From the NCBI RefSeq assembly GCF_006345805.1, contig NC_043002.1, positions 4,154,001 through 4,218,000 of the forward strand: DNA of 64,000 bases. Direction: 5' to 3'. The notes under the pieces are model-generated. The model saw only the letters and a program-made list of their open reading frames with translations. It did no database searches and was not told where the DNA came from. The stretch comes from Octopus sinensis. Taxonomy: Eukaryota. Shown one piece after another: positions 49,334 to 62,346 of the stretch. A program made the position numbers and the translations under genes. Numbering within the stretch: the stretch's first letter is position 1; every line of letters starts with the position of its first letter.

Positions 49334-50390
49334 TTGTCCCCCTAGCATTGCTTGACAACAGATGCTGGCGTGTTTACGTCCCCGTCACTTAGTGGTTCGG
49401 CAAAAGAGACCGATAGAATAAGTACTGGGCTTACAAAAAGAATAAGTCCTGGGGTCGATTTGCTCGATTAAAGGCGGTGCTCCAGCATGGCCACAGTCAA
49501 ATGACTGAAACAAGTAAAAGAGTAAAGAGTAAAGAGTATATATATATCATCATCATTATCATTTAACGTCTACTTTCCATGCTAGATGGGTTGGATGATT
49601 TTGACTGAGGGCTGGCGAACCAGATGGCTGCACCAGGCTTCAATCTTGATCTGGCAGAGTTTCTACAGCTGGATGCCCTTCCTAACGCCAACCACTCCGA
49701 GAGTGTAGTGGGTGCTTTTAGCGTTAAACTAATATATCTACTTGTTGTCTATACCACCTGTCTTCGTCTTTTGTTTTTTTTTGTGAATTATCCCCCTATA
49801 TACATACATATATATCTATGTGTGTGTCTGTGCTTGTCCCCCCCATCACCACTTGACAACTGGTGTTGGTGTGTTTACATCCCCGTAACTTAGCGGTTCG
49901 GCAAAAAAGACTGATAGAATAAGTACCAGGCTTAAAAAAAGTAAGTCCTGGGGTCGATTTATATATGCATGTATGTATGTATGTATGTATGTAGTATGTA
50001 TGTATGTATGTATGTATGTATGTGTGTATGTGTGCATGTATGTGTGTATGTATGTATGTGTGTATGTGTGCATGTAAGTATGTGTGTATGTGTGTATGTA
50101 TGTGTGTATGTATGTATGTAGTTATGTATGTATGTATGTATGCATGTAGTTATGTATGTATGTATGTGCATGTGTATTTGTACACTGCCACCACTTGACA
50201 ATCGGTGTTGGTGCATTTACGTCCCTGTAGCTTCAGGGTTAGGCAAAGGTGACAGAATAAGTACCAGGTATTACAAAAAGTACTGGAGTCGATTCGTTCA
50301 ACTAAAATTCTACGAAACGGTGCCCCAGCATGGCCGCAGTCAGCATGGCCGCAGTCAGCATGGCTGAAATAAAGTAAAAGATGAAAGATA
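48320..50390 (+). repeat. Stack of S1 SINEs and fragments, an RTE tail and microsatellites
   Basis: Partial S1 48320-48470, full S1 49108-49536, RTE tail 49547-49722 (-), S1 3' halves around a (TATG)n tract at ~49961-50175. Confidence 0.8.
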
Positions 50391-50406
50391 TATTTTATAA
50401 CAATTA

Positions 50407-50637
50407 AGGCGGCGAGCTGGCAGAATCGTTAGCCCGCCGGGCGAAATGCTTATCGGTATTTCGTCTGCCGTTACGTTCTGAGTTCAAATTCCGCCGAGGT
50501 CAACTTTGCCTTTCGTCCTTTCGGAGTCGATAAATTAAGTACCAGTTACGCACTGAGGTCGATGTAATCGACGTAATCCGTTTGTCTGTCCTTGTTTGTC
50601 CCCTCTGTGTTTAGCCCCTTGTGGGTAGTAAAGAAAC
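50407..50637 (+). mobile_element. tRNA-derived SINE (S3) with 20-bp TSD
   Basis: TSD GATATATTTTATAACAATTA at 50387-50406 and 50638-50657. Confidence 0.9.
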
Positions 50638-51040
50638 CGATATATTTTATAACAATTACCAACCACCGTGTGTTGAAGTCCGGGTTAAAATTGGGATCAC
50701 TCGACTCCTGTATGTAAATCACTCACTATCTACATCACTGGCATGAAGAAAAACCATAATAATTAGATGCATAAAGGCAGAGAAACCCAAATTTATGTGA
50801 TAACCTCATCACTTTTAGAACAATATTAACGATGAAATATCTGGAGCACGTAAAACAGAACCATCATCTTTCGTGTATATTAATGATACAAATAGATAGT
50901 TAGATATGCAGCAAGAAGAAAATTAAAATTAAAATTAAAAAAAAAAATCAAAACGAATGGAAATAAAATTATTGAATGGTCAAATTAAAATTAAAATTTA
51001 ATAAAGAACGAAAGAAAAAAAAAGCAGACCAGCCACCGGA

Positions 51041-51113
51041 TGCCGAAACCCGGGATTGAACCAGGGACCTTTAGATCTTCAGTCTAACGCTCTCCCAACT
51101 GAGCTATTTCGGC
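51041..51113 (-). tRNA. tRNA-Phe(GAA)
   Basis: 73-nt canonical cloverleaf, intact A/B boxes, oligo-T terminator 17 nt downstream. Confidence 0.97.
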
Positions 51114-51757
51114 TGGTGAAAATTTGGCTATAAACTATCGCAGTCATTTCTACTCTGTATCAAGTTCAGAGTGAAATCAATTAGTGAAATTAATTAGTAA
51201 ACTGTGTAGAGATGAAAGGAAAGAATGACCCCACCGTCGGCGTTAGGATTCCCTGGCATTCTAACTTATTCTACGTTGAGAACTATTTCTTCTGTCGCAT
51301 ACCATTACTGTATTTTCCTCAGATTCTACTAATTCCATTTGATTGTTGTTTACACTGGCGCGTAAGGCCGTGTGATATGATTCGTATTTGGGATTATTCT
51401 ACACATGTTGTTACTATCTATTACGAAATTATTAACAGTATTATTTACCATTTTATTTATTCTATAGAAAAGAAAATGATCCTAGTTTTAGCTGAGACAG
51501 TATAGAATAATGTTTCTTTGTATTTTGTTCGTCCAACCACCCGCTTTTTGATGGCATATCAACAGTCATTAGGACCAAAAATTCAAGCTAAACTTCCAGC
51601 CTTTACATACCACTAAGTAAGATTTAAGGAGTACTAGCCCAGTACTCCTGAAATCCAATGGTTAGCACTCCAAGTTCAGAAACTCTACTATTATAGAAGT
51701 AATCGAAAAGCTTTGCAGCAAATAATTTAACCCTCGCAGCACTGTTTCCGCTTTCCG

Positions 51758-51912
51758 CAGAGGTCCCCAACCATTTCACTACCAAGGACTCCTTTTATTT
51801 AAATGAGTTTTCCCACGGACCCCTTTTAATACGCTTTGTATATATATAAAATTTTGAATTTAGTTCACGGATCCCAGTACTGCCTTTGCGGACCGCAGGT
51901 TGTGAACCACTG
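51758..51912. mobile_element. hAT-like MITE
   Basis: CAGAGGTCCCCAACC / GGTTGTGAACCACTG termini; no TSD match. Confidence 0.45.
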
Positions 51913-53029
51913 AGCGAATAGCCGATGTAATTACCCTGTTCTAACAGCCTATGTAATTACCAACTACGACCATCCAATCTTTTTGTCTATCGGGGACAAC
52001 ATTGTCTAATGTATCCTCTCTTTTTAATGTAGAAAGATGTGTGTTTCGAATGAGATTAAGCTGCTATTTCTAGCAGCCAAATTTAAGAGTTCGAGCAACA
52101 ACGCAAAACTTTATACTCGGTTATGTAGAATGATACCCATTACTCCATGGGGTACTTATTTACCCGTCGGGAAGCGAAAAGGCGGGATTCTAGAGAGTAC
52201 CTTGTCGAACGTATCCTTTAGCGCTTATTACCCTGTATTTCAAACAGAAGCAAAATAAATACAATTGTATAGTAAAAAAAAAAACTAATAGTAGATGCGT
52301 GGAGTTACATTAATTAACGTTCCAAAAATTCAACAGACACAATATATGTGTTTATTCACTCGTATTTGCGAAATAACTTCTGGTGGATCACAATGGAATT
52401 TATTACACCAAATATATCAGTTATGAACCGAACGAATTACATTTTAGTAATTAGTCGTGGAATATATATATATATATAGATTAAACGTTACATTGCTCCG
52501 CATGGTGTTACTTCCTATTATAACGGATTATGGTAACAAGTGAAATTTAAATATATTAAAGATTGCCGATTGCCTATTAAAAGATGTATATTTGTAGAGA
52601 TAATACAGTATATTGAAAAATGGTAAAAATTCTAAGAAGTATACATGTTTTTGTAGCAGCCTATAAACACACATATACAACAATATACGATCATTAAATA
52701 CATTTTATCATTTGTATTTCAGTTTTTCATTTTATTTTCGTATAATTTTTGCAATTATATAAGCATCTGACTCTACTAAAATTTAACATTAATTATCACA
52801 GTGGACAAAGAACCAGTTTAAATTTACATTGCAGTACTTAATTAGGTTCTGGGCGGTGCAGATCGATGAAATAAGGGCTATGTGTTGCCAAAATAAGTGG
52901 GTCTTCCCCAAATACGGCTTTGTGTTAGAAATCCCATATCGAAAAGAGAATAATTTACGCAGACATAAATAATTAAATTGTTATATACAACACGACTGAC
53001 ATCGATAATGTACAAGCATATCTTTACCA

Positions 53030-53102
53030 GCCGAAATAGCTCAGTTGGGAGAGCGTTAGACTGAAGATCTAAAGGTCCCTGGTTCAATCCCGGGTTTCGG
53101 CA
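53030..53102 (+). tRNA. tRNA-Phe(GAA)
   Basis: Identical 73-mer; oligo-T terminator. Confidence 0.97.
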
Positions 53103-53577
53103 TCCGGTGGCTGGTCTGCTTTTTTTTTTTTTTTTTTTTTTTCGTTCTTCATATTCTGTTTTCATTCATGTTTGAATCTAGGCCTGGCCAACTGTTCTTT
53201 TCAAAGATTTTATTTCTTATATATATACTTAACTCTTAGACATGACGTCGAGGCTATAACGTAATCCACAGAAAAGATAATCCTGTGAATACAAACAAAA
53301 TATAAGTTGCGGATCTTTTCTGTTTGATAGACGGAAACAGAAAAGATCCTCAGTTGCAATACGTTACAAAGTGAACGAAGAATCATAAGGTTTTTTACTC
53401 GCTCACACGCCGCCATCTCCCTCTCTTTCACTCGCGCGCTACGCACTCACACACACACACACACACGCACGCACGCACGCACACACACACACACAAAGGC
53501 GCGCAAGAATTCGTAGAGAGCAGTACTTACGTTCTAATTTCATCGGTAACTCTAGGTTGTGGGGCCAATGAAATCTG

Positions 53578-53804
53578 GGTACTACTTGAGAACAGTGGTC
53601 CCGGTGCGCGCACTAGCGTAGTCGCGCATCTGCGCTAGCTAGTCGTAAGTAGTCGATCCTACAACGATTACCTAGCAAAGTAAATAAAACACAAAACACA
53701 AAGTAAATAACACCCAAAAACACAAAGTAAGGATCGACTAGTCATGACTAGCTAGCGCGACTGCGCGAGTCCGCGCACCGGGACCACTGTTCGCTAGTAG
53801 TACC
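53578..53804. mobile_element. Merlin-type MITE, copy E
   Basis: GGTACTACT TIRs; flanked by a ~35-bp direct duplication. Confidence 0.85.
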
Positions 53805-53976
53805 CGGTAGGTAACTCTAGGTACTGGGGCCAATGAAATCTGTAGCACCCGAGGTGGATACGATCAATGTGTCGCCTTTTATTAAAAGCCATGACTACAA
53901 GAAAACGTCTTTGGTAAGAATGTACTTTGATATGCAATACGACTGACATGGAAAGTTTAGAGAGAAACCATTACCA

Positions 53977-54049
53977 GCCGAAATAGCTCAGTTGGGAGAG
54001 CGTTAGACTGAAGATCTAAAGGTCCCTGGTTCAATCCCGGGTTTCGGCA
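53977..54049 (+). tRNA. tRNA-Phe(GAA)
   Basis: Identical 73-mer; oligo-T terminator. Confidence 0.97.
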
Positions 54050-55075
54050 TCCGGTGGCTGGTCTGCTTTTTTTTTTTTTTTCGTTCTTCATATTCTGTTT
54101 TCATTCATGTTTGGATCTAGTCCTGGCCAACTGTTCTTTTCAAAGATTTTATTTGTATTCATTTCATCCCGGATCCCAACTACCTTTCATCCTTCTGGTT
54201 ATGTATTATATTACAGGTATGGTGATAAGTGCCCTCGCGCAAAAGTCTCGGACCTTGAGTCACTCTGTTGTTTCTGCTAAATATTAATAAAAATGTAATA
54301 TTATATTACATCAATTTTCAGCGACTTACTACCAATTTTTGTTCAAGCCTCGTGTTTCTTTTTTACGACTTCCATTAGTCTGCAACTATTCCTGCTTATA
54401 TCTTTCACCCAGTTAGCACCACGAGCTTAGGATCTCTCGAAGATTCTATCTATTTCGTATTCACCGTTTAAACTTTTTTTTCTAAAAGAAAACCACTCCA
54501 TTTCTTTAACCGTTTTAGTGTTATTTTTTCTCTTTTCATTTTTCTAATTATGATAACGAAAATGTTATTACAGTAATACTTAACTCTTAGACATGACGTC
54601 GAGGCTATAACGTAATCCACAGAAAAGATAATCCTGTGAATACAAACAAAATATAAGCTGCAATACGTTACAAAGTGCACCAATAATCATAAGATTTTTT
54701 ACTTGTAATTATTGGATAACTTAGTATCGTGACGAACTGCCTCTGTATCAATCTTGAGAATCTGGGTTTCACAAAACCAAAAAGAACTCGCTTAACAAAG
54801 ATATTACAGTTACAAGCTATTAAAGACACCGTGGGAATATGTGACACACTGAATAAGTGTAGCATATATTATATATGAAATATGTCATAAATCACAGTGA
54901 CAGATATATTGTTGTTGAGCGAAGGTGATAGGTGGAGAACTCGGAGTAACGATTTCTGAAGTTTTGGTCTCTCGTACAATGTCATTACTGAGTACTCTTT
55001 TCTACTCGATCACACGCCTCTTTCTCCCTCTCTTCAGTTTAACGCTCTCCCAACGCACGCGCACACACACACACA

Positions 55076-55146
<71 letters not shown>

Positions 55147-55374
55147 CACACACACCCACACACACACGCACGCACGCTAGTAGCACCCGGTAGGTAACTC
55201 TAGGTACTGGGGCCAATGAAATCTGTAGTACCCGAGGTGGATACGATCGATGAAACCCCTCTCAATGTGTCGCCTTTTATTAAAAGCCATATCTACAAGA
55301 CAACGCCTTTGGTAAGAATGTACTTTGATATGCAATACGAGTGACATGAAAAGTTTAAAGAGAAACCATTACCA

Positions 55375-55447
55375 GCCGAAATAGCTCAGTTGGGAGAGCG
55401 TTAGACTGAAGATCTAAAGGTCCCTGGTTCAATCCCGGGTTTCGGCA
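55375..55447 (+). tRNA. tRNA-Phe(GAA)
   Basis: Identical 73-mer; oligo-T terminator. Confidence 0.97.
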
Positions 55448-55699
55448 TCCGGTGGCTGGTCTGCTTTTTTTTTTTTCGTTTTTTATTAAATTTTAATTTT
55501 AATTTGACCAACTAATCCTTTCAATAATTTTATTTCCATTCATTTCATCCCGGATTCCACCTGCCTTCCGTTCCATTGGATTTGTTATATTCCTGATGCA
55601 AACAGGAAAAATATAACTCACACTTTGAGTGTATGTCTATTTCTATTAAGCTTCGAAAGTGCCAATGTACGAAACTCCGGGCCCTTGAGTCACTCTATC

Positions 55700-56220
55700 G
55701 CGGAATTTGTCACTGTTATTTATGAGAAAAAAGATACCCTGTGGCCATAAACTGAGGGCTCTCTCGTAAACAGAGCTGGATAACAAAACCGTTCCCTCTT
55801 TAGTGTCCACCCATAATTATGACCCTCGTATCGATCTATTGCATTTCAATCTGTTTTAGGATTAGGGTTAGGGTTAAGGTTAGAGTTAGGGTTAGGGTTA
55901 GGATTAGGATTAGGGTTCATGGCCACAGGGTATCTTTTTTCTCATAAATAACAGAGACAGATTCATATGACAGCGCAAATAATTGTAGTGGACAAAGATC
56001 CGGAGATATTGTATTCACCTCAATAGACGTCATTGATTGGTTGAAATTGCCGAAATGCAAGAAATTACACAACAAATAGCTTACAAACTACAGAATTTTC
56101 TCAAGAAAGCCAAGAGAAAAAGATGTTTTATGTAACACATTCTACCAGTATACGAAGTTTAAAAGTGTTTAGTTACAAAGAAATCATTTTAAAAATCTGC
56201 CGGTCAAAGCGAAAAGATCC
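55700..56220. mobile_element. Foldback element with central TTAGGG tract (left arm largely deleted)
   Basis: Telomere-like tract ~55855-55917; right arm matches 59310-59617. Confidence 0.8.
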
Positions 56221-56794
56221 TAATCTTATAATCCTATAATCTACAAATGAAATGACATTCATATCTGCACCCACCTGCTCCTGCGTGCAAACACATGTGT
56301 ATTCATTATGTATACATGTATACATGTGCGAGTATGCTTATGTACATGTGTTTATTAATGCATGCATACGTGCGTACATTGCATACATACAATGTATGAG
56401 ATTATCCTATTGGCGCTGTGTGAATTCCAATGAGTCTAATCTCTGGGCTAGAAATGGATTATTTTAACATTTAATTAGAAAAATTAACACCAAGTAATCA
56501 TATATATTGTTGTTGAGCGAAGGTGATAGGTGGAGAACTCGGAGTAACGATTTCTGAAGTTTTGGTCTCTCGTACAATGTCATTACTGAGTACTCTTTTC
56601 TACTCGCTCACACGCCTCCTTCACCTTCTCTTTCACTCGCGCGCTACGCACGCACACACACACACACACACACACCACACACACACACACACACACACGT
56701 ACACACACACACACACACACACACACGTACACCACACACACACACACACACACACACACAAAGGCGCGCAAGAATTCATAGAGAGCAGTACTTA

Positions 56795-58085
56795 CGAGGG
56801 GCGTTCAATAAGTAATGCCTCTGACCCACTTGCAGTTGTTTGATCTAGCTGAAATTTTGCATGTGCAATTATTTATATTTCTATAGATTACGTGGCAAAT
56901 TACAGCTCCGAACTAATTGTGGTTTCTGATTTACAGGTGTTTGAAATGAGTCAAGTGTGAAATGGAGCCTTTTAAGTGTCGAGCAATGATCCGGTTTTTG
57001 TATTTGAAAGGACGCACACCACGGGAGTCTTTTGATAAAATGAAAGTAACTTATGGTGATGATGCCCCTTCATATGACCTTGTAAAACGCTGGCATCGTG
57101 AATTCAAACATGGTCGGAACTCTGTGGAAACAGCTCCCAGATCTGGTCACCCCCTTCTGCCATTGATGAGGCATCTGTCCGTCAAGTTGAAGCTGCCATT
57201 TTGAAAGATCGACGCATAACTATTCGCCAAATAGCCCATGAGGTCAAGATCAGTACCGGGTCTGTGGAAACTATCATTCATGACCATTTGCATATGCAAA
57301 AGGTGTCTGCCAGATGGAGTCCCCAGGTTGTTCACACTTTTCCAGAAGCAAGAACGCGTCGGTGCTCGAGGATGAATTTAGGGATGTGCCAAGAAGATGA
57401 GTCAAAATTTTTCAAAAGACTGATTACACAGGATGAGACCTGGGTCCATCACTATGATCCAGAGACCAAAGCCCAGTCAATGCAGTGGAAGCACCATGAC
57501 TCACCTCCTCCAAAGAAGGCAAGGGTGCAGCCCTCCGCTGACAAGGTCATGCTCACAGTCTTCTGGGACTAGGACGGAGTAGTGATGACAGATTTCCTAG
57601 AAAAGGGTACCACAATTACAGGAGCCTATCATGCTTCACTTTTGAGGAAATTAAGAGAAGCTATCAAAACCAAGAGGCGGGGCAAGATCAGCAAAGGCAT
57701 CCTCCTCTTGCAGGACAACGCTCCGGTCCACAACTCGCGTGTCGCCAGATCAGAAGCACAGGCGTGCGGCTATGAACTCTTCCCTCATCCCCCTACTCTC
57801 CTGACCTTGCACCCTCTGATTTTCACCTCTTCCCAGCCATGAAGTTGTTTTTGAAAAGAAAGTGTTTCCCAGATGATGCAGCCTTGATTTCTGAAGTCAC
57901 ATCGTGGTTGGAAGACCAAGCTGGGGTCTTCTACGAAAACGGTCTCCAGAGCCGCATCAAACAATGGGAGAAATGCGTAACTCTGGGTGGTTCCTATGTA
58001 GAAAAAGACTAATAACTGTGCCAAGTTTCGTTGCTCTACTGCTATGGGAAGTGGATCAGGGGCATTACTTATTGAACGCCCCTCG
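56795..58085 (+). mobile_element. Full-length but defective mariner (DD34D) transposon, 1291 bp
   Basis: TIR CGAGGGGCGTTCAATAAGTAATGCC at both ends, TA TSD. Transposase 56962-58012 (ITQDETW, QDNAPVH, YSPDLAPSD) broken by frameshifts and a TAG at 57570. Confidence 0.95.
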
Positions 58086-58135
58086 TACGTTCTAATTTCA
58101 TCGGTAACTCTAGGTAGTGGGGACAATGAAATCTG

Positions 58136-58338
58136 GGTACTACTTGAGAACAGTGGTCCCGGTGCGCGCACTCGCGTAGTCGCGCATCCGCGCTAGCTAG
58201 TCGTAAGTAGTCGATCCTACAACGATTACCTAGCAAAGTAAATAAAACACAAAACACAAAGTAAGGATCGACTAGTCATGACTAGCTAGCGCGACTGCGC
58301 GAGTCCGTGCACCGGGACCACTGTTCGCTAGTTGTACC
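58136..58338. mobile_element. Merlin-type MITE, copy F
   Basis: Same position in the tRNA unit as copy E, with a small internal deletion. Confidence 0.85.
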
Positions 58339-58527
58339 CGGTAGGTAACTCTAGGTACTGGGGGGCCAATGAAATCTGTAGTACCCGAGGTGGATACGAT
58401 CGATGAAATCCCCCTTAATGTGTCGCCTTTTATTAAAAGCCATATCTACAAGACAACGCCTTTGGTAAGAATGTACTTTGATATGCAATACGAGTGACAT
58501 GAAAAGTTTAAAGAGAAACCATTACCA

Positions 58528-58600
58528 GCCGAAATAGCTCAGTTGGGAGAGCGTTAGACTGAAGATCTAAAGGTCCCTGGTTCAATCCCGGGTTTCGGCA
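58528..58600 (+). tRNA. tRNA-Phe(GAA)
   Basis: Identical 73-mer; oligo-T terminator. Confidence 0.97.
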
Positions 58601-58852
58601 TCCGGTGGCTGGTCTGCTTTTTTTTTTTTCGTTTTTTATTAAATTTTAATTTTAATTTGACCAACTAGTCCTTTCAATAATTTTATTTCCATTCATTTCA
58701 TCCCGGATTCCACCTGCCTTCCGTTCCATTGGATTTGTTATATTCCTGATGCAAACAGGAAAAATATAACTCACACTTTGAGTGTATGTCTATTTCTATT
58801 AAGCTTCGAAAGTGCCAATGTACGAAACTCCGGGCCCTTGAGTCACTCTATC

Positions 58853-59617
58853 GCGGATCTTTTCGCTTTGACCGGCAGATTTTTAAAATAATTTCTTTGT
58901 AACTAAATACTTTTAAACTTCGTATACTGGTAGAATGTGTTTATAAAACATCTTTTTCTCTTGGGTTTCTTGAGAAAATTCTGTAGTTTGTAAGCTATTT
59001 GTTGTTTAATTTCTTGCATTTCGGCAATTTCAACCAATCAATGACGTCTATTGAGGTGAATACAATTTCTGCCATAATGTGTCAACAACAATTATTTGCG
59101 GTGTCATATGAATCTATCACTGTAATTTATGAGAAAAAGATACCCTGTGGCCATAAACTGAGGCCTCTCTCGTAAACAGAGCTGGATAACAAAACCGTTC
59201 CCTTTTTACTATCTACCCATAATTATGACCCTAGAATCGATCTATTGCATTTTAATCTGGGTTAGGGTTAGGGTTAGAGTTAGGGTTAGGGTTAGGATTA
59301 GGATTAGGGTTTATGGCCACAAGGTATCTTTTTTCTCATAAATTACAGTGACAGATTCATATGACACCGCAAATAATTGTAGTGGACAAAGATCCGGAGA
59401 TATTGTATTCACCTCAATAAACGTCATTGATTGGTTGAAATTGCCGAAATGCAAGAAATTACACAACAAATAGCTTACAAACTACAGAATTTTCTCAAGA
59501 AAACCAAGAGAAAAAGATGTTTTATGTAACACATTCTACCAGTATACGAAATTTAAAAGTGTTTAGTTACGTGGAAATTATTTTAAAAATCTGCCGGTCA
59601 AAGCGAAAAGATCCCCG
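58853..59617. mobile_element. Foldback element: ~305-bp TIRs around a unique core and a TTAGGG tract
   Basis: Arms 58853-59158 and 59310-59617 are reverse complements; (TTAGGG)-like tract 59259-59310. Confidence 0.85.
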
Positions 59618-59806
59618 TTATGATACATATATTGCTGAGCGAAGGTGACGGGTGGAAAACTCGGGTTGACGATTTCTGAAGTTTTGGTTTCTTCTATAAG
59701 CCATCGCTGAGTTCTCGTTTCTATTCGCTCTTCCCTGTCTGCAACAGGAATGCGGTTTGGTATACAATACAATTGACATGGAAAGGTTAGACGCAATCAG
59801 CCGCCA

Positions 59807-59879
59807 GCCGAAATAGCTCAGTTGGGAGAGCGTTAGACTGAAGATCTAAAGGTCCCTGGTTCAATCCCGGGTTTCGGCA
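59807..59879 (+). tRNA. tRNA-Phe(GAA)
   Basis: Identical 73-mer; oligo-T terminator. Confidence 0.97.
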
Positions 59880-60957
59880 TCCGGTGGCTGGTCTGCTTTT
59901 TTTTTTTTTTTTATCTTTCGCTCTTCACATTCAAGTTTTAGTCTAGGTCTCACCAACAGTTCCTTTCACTGGTTTTATTTCCATTCCTTTCATCCCGGAT
60001 TCCACCCACCTTTCATTCCACTCGATTTATAATATATTACAAGTTTGGTGATGCAAACAAGAAAAATAGAATCCAAAATACGAGTGTATGTATATTTGTA
60101 TTAGGCTCCGCAAGTGCCAACGCATGAGACTCTCGGCCGTTGGGCCACTCTTTTGCTCCTGCTAAATATTAATAAAAATGTATCATATTGCATCAATTTT
60201 CAGCGACTCCCTACCAATTTTTGTCTAAACTTCACGTTTCTTTTTCAAGACTTTCATTACAGTCTCAACGGATTCCTGACAATACCTATTTCTTTACTAC
60301 CCACAAGGGGCCAAACACAGAGAGGACAAACAACGACAGACACACTGATTAAGTCGATTATATCGACCCCAGTGCGTAACTGGTACTTATTTAATCGACC
60401 CCGAAAGGATGAAAGGCAAAGTCAACCTGACAATACCTTTCACCTAGTTGCCACTACAAGCCTTTTATATCTCCTGAGGATTTTGTTCATTTCTCATTCA
60501 CCATTTACATTTTTTTTTCTTGAAACACAAACCACTTTTTTAATCGCCTTTTGCTATAAACTTGGGCTGACTAAAGCCTTGTGAATGGATTTGGTAGATA
60601 GGAACCGAAAGAAGGACTGCTGCAGTAAGCGTGTGAGTCTGAGAGGGGAATATGTTGAATAAAATCATAATTAACTGATCCTCCTGTGTTTTCTTTTACC
60701 TCAAGCCAAGAACTTTTCAGCACTACCTCGTACATGTAAGACTATGCTATTGATACTGTGTAAATTCCAATAAAGCGCCTCATGACTAGAAAATGGTTAT
60801 TTTCCCCCACTGGTGATTTATGCGAAAAATAAAAACAGGAAAACATGCGTCCATATAGTTTTGATCGAAAGTCAGGAACGGAAAACTCAGAGCAACAATT
60901 TCTTTTCCGCTTCTTCTCACTCAAATGCTCTCTCTTTCTTTCTCTCCCTCTGTGTGT

Positions 60958-61000
<43 letters not shown>

Positions 61001-61256
61001 GTAAAAAGGCGCACACATGAATTCATAGAGAGCCACTTTAAATCCTTTGCAGTACTTACATTCTGATTTCATCGGCAACCCCGGCTACTGGGGGCCAATG
61101 AAATCTGTTGTGCTGTGTTTGATATAACTGATTAAAGTACTCTCAGCTTGTCGCCTGATGTTAAAAGCCATTATCTACAGCAAAACGTCTTTGGCAAGAA
61201 TGTACTGTGAGACACAATACGATTGACATAGAAAGTTTAGATAAAAGCAGTCACCA

Positions 61257-61329
61257 GCCGAAATAGCTCAGTTGGGAGAGCGTTAGACTGAAGATCTAAA
61301 GGTCCCTGGTTCAATCCCGGGTTTCGGCA
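61257..61329 (+). tRNA. tRNA-Phe(GAA)
   Basis: Identical 73-mer; oligo-T terminator. Confidence 0.97.
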
Positions 61330-61745
61330 TCCGGTGGCTGGTCTGCATCTTTTTTTTTTTTATTCTTATTCTATTTTCGCTTGAAATTTGCTTTTGACCT
61401 GAATAACTAATCGTTTCATTGATACTTTTTCGACCCACGTTCTAGCTATTCCATCTAGATTCTGTCTCAAACACTGTGATAATAGTATTAACATCAATTT
61501 TCTGCGACTTTCTACCACTCTATGTCTCAGTTCACATGTTTCTTCTTCTTCTTCGCGATTTGCTTTATGGCCTTCATGCACTTCCCGACTTGTATTACAA
61601 TCTCAAAAACCATTTTCACTCCATTTTTTTGCCTTGCGTCTTGAGAAGAAATCTTTGAACTTTTTCACTTTTCATCGCTATTTGCATTTCTGGTTTTTTT
61701 CTTAAAACACCGCGACACTGATTGTTTGGAGCGATGCTACCGCCA

Positions 61746-61788
61746 ACCGAAATGGCTCAGGCCCCTGGTTCAATCTCGGGTTTCGGCA
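61746..61788 (+). pseudogene. tRNA-Phe pseudogene with a 30-nt internal deletion
   Basis: ACCGAAATGGCTCAG joined to GCCCCTGGTTCAATCTCGGGTTTCGGCA; anticodon arm missing. Confidence 0.9.
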
Positions 61789-62273
61789 TCAAGTGACTGG
61801 TCTGTTATTGGATTCTCTTTTCGTTCAAACTTTATTTTAGGAACGAAGACCCGTTCCTTTCAATGATATTTTTGTCTTTCATTTCATATCGGATTCGACC
61901 CATCTTCGCTTCCAGATTCCAGCTATTTCACCTAGCTTGTCTGTCAGACATTAGATTTTTAAAATTACGTTAGATAATTTTCGAGTGTTTCTTCCATTAT
62001 ATGTATAAACCTGATGTTCTTTCTGACTCGTAAGAGTATCAAATGATTTCTGAACCCACTTTTCGCCCACTTTGCGCCTGGAGCCTTGTATCTTCAGAGG
62101 AAATCTAATGTTTGCCAGACAAGCTAGGTGAAATAGCTGGAATCTGGAAGCGAAGATGGGTCGAATCCGATATGCAATGAAAGACAAAAAAAAAACCATT
62201 GAAAGGAAAGGGTCTTCGTTCCTAAAATAAAGTTTGAACGAAAAGAGAATCCAATAACAGACCAGTCACTAGA

Positions 62274-62346
62274 TGCCGAAACCCGAGATTGAACCAGGGG
62301 CCTTTAGATCTTCAGTATAACGCTCTCCCCACTGAGCCATTTCGGT
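62274..62346 (-). pseudogene. Divergent tRNA-Phe(GAA), probable pseudogene
   Basis: Six substitutions (G1A, A9G, U17G, G30U, U47C, C61U); they break the 1-72 and 30-40 pairs and the B-box C61. Confidence 0.8.

Noticed and set aside
55855-59310. TTAGGG tracts as evidence of a chromosome end or fusion site
   Set aside because: Short, degenerate, single-orientation tracts embedded in a repeated foldback element.
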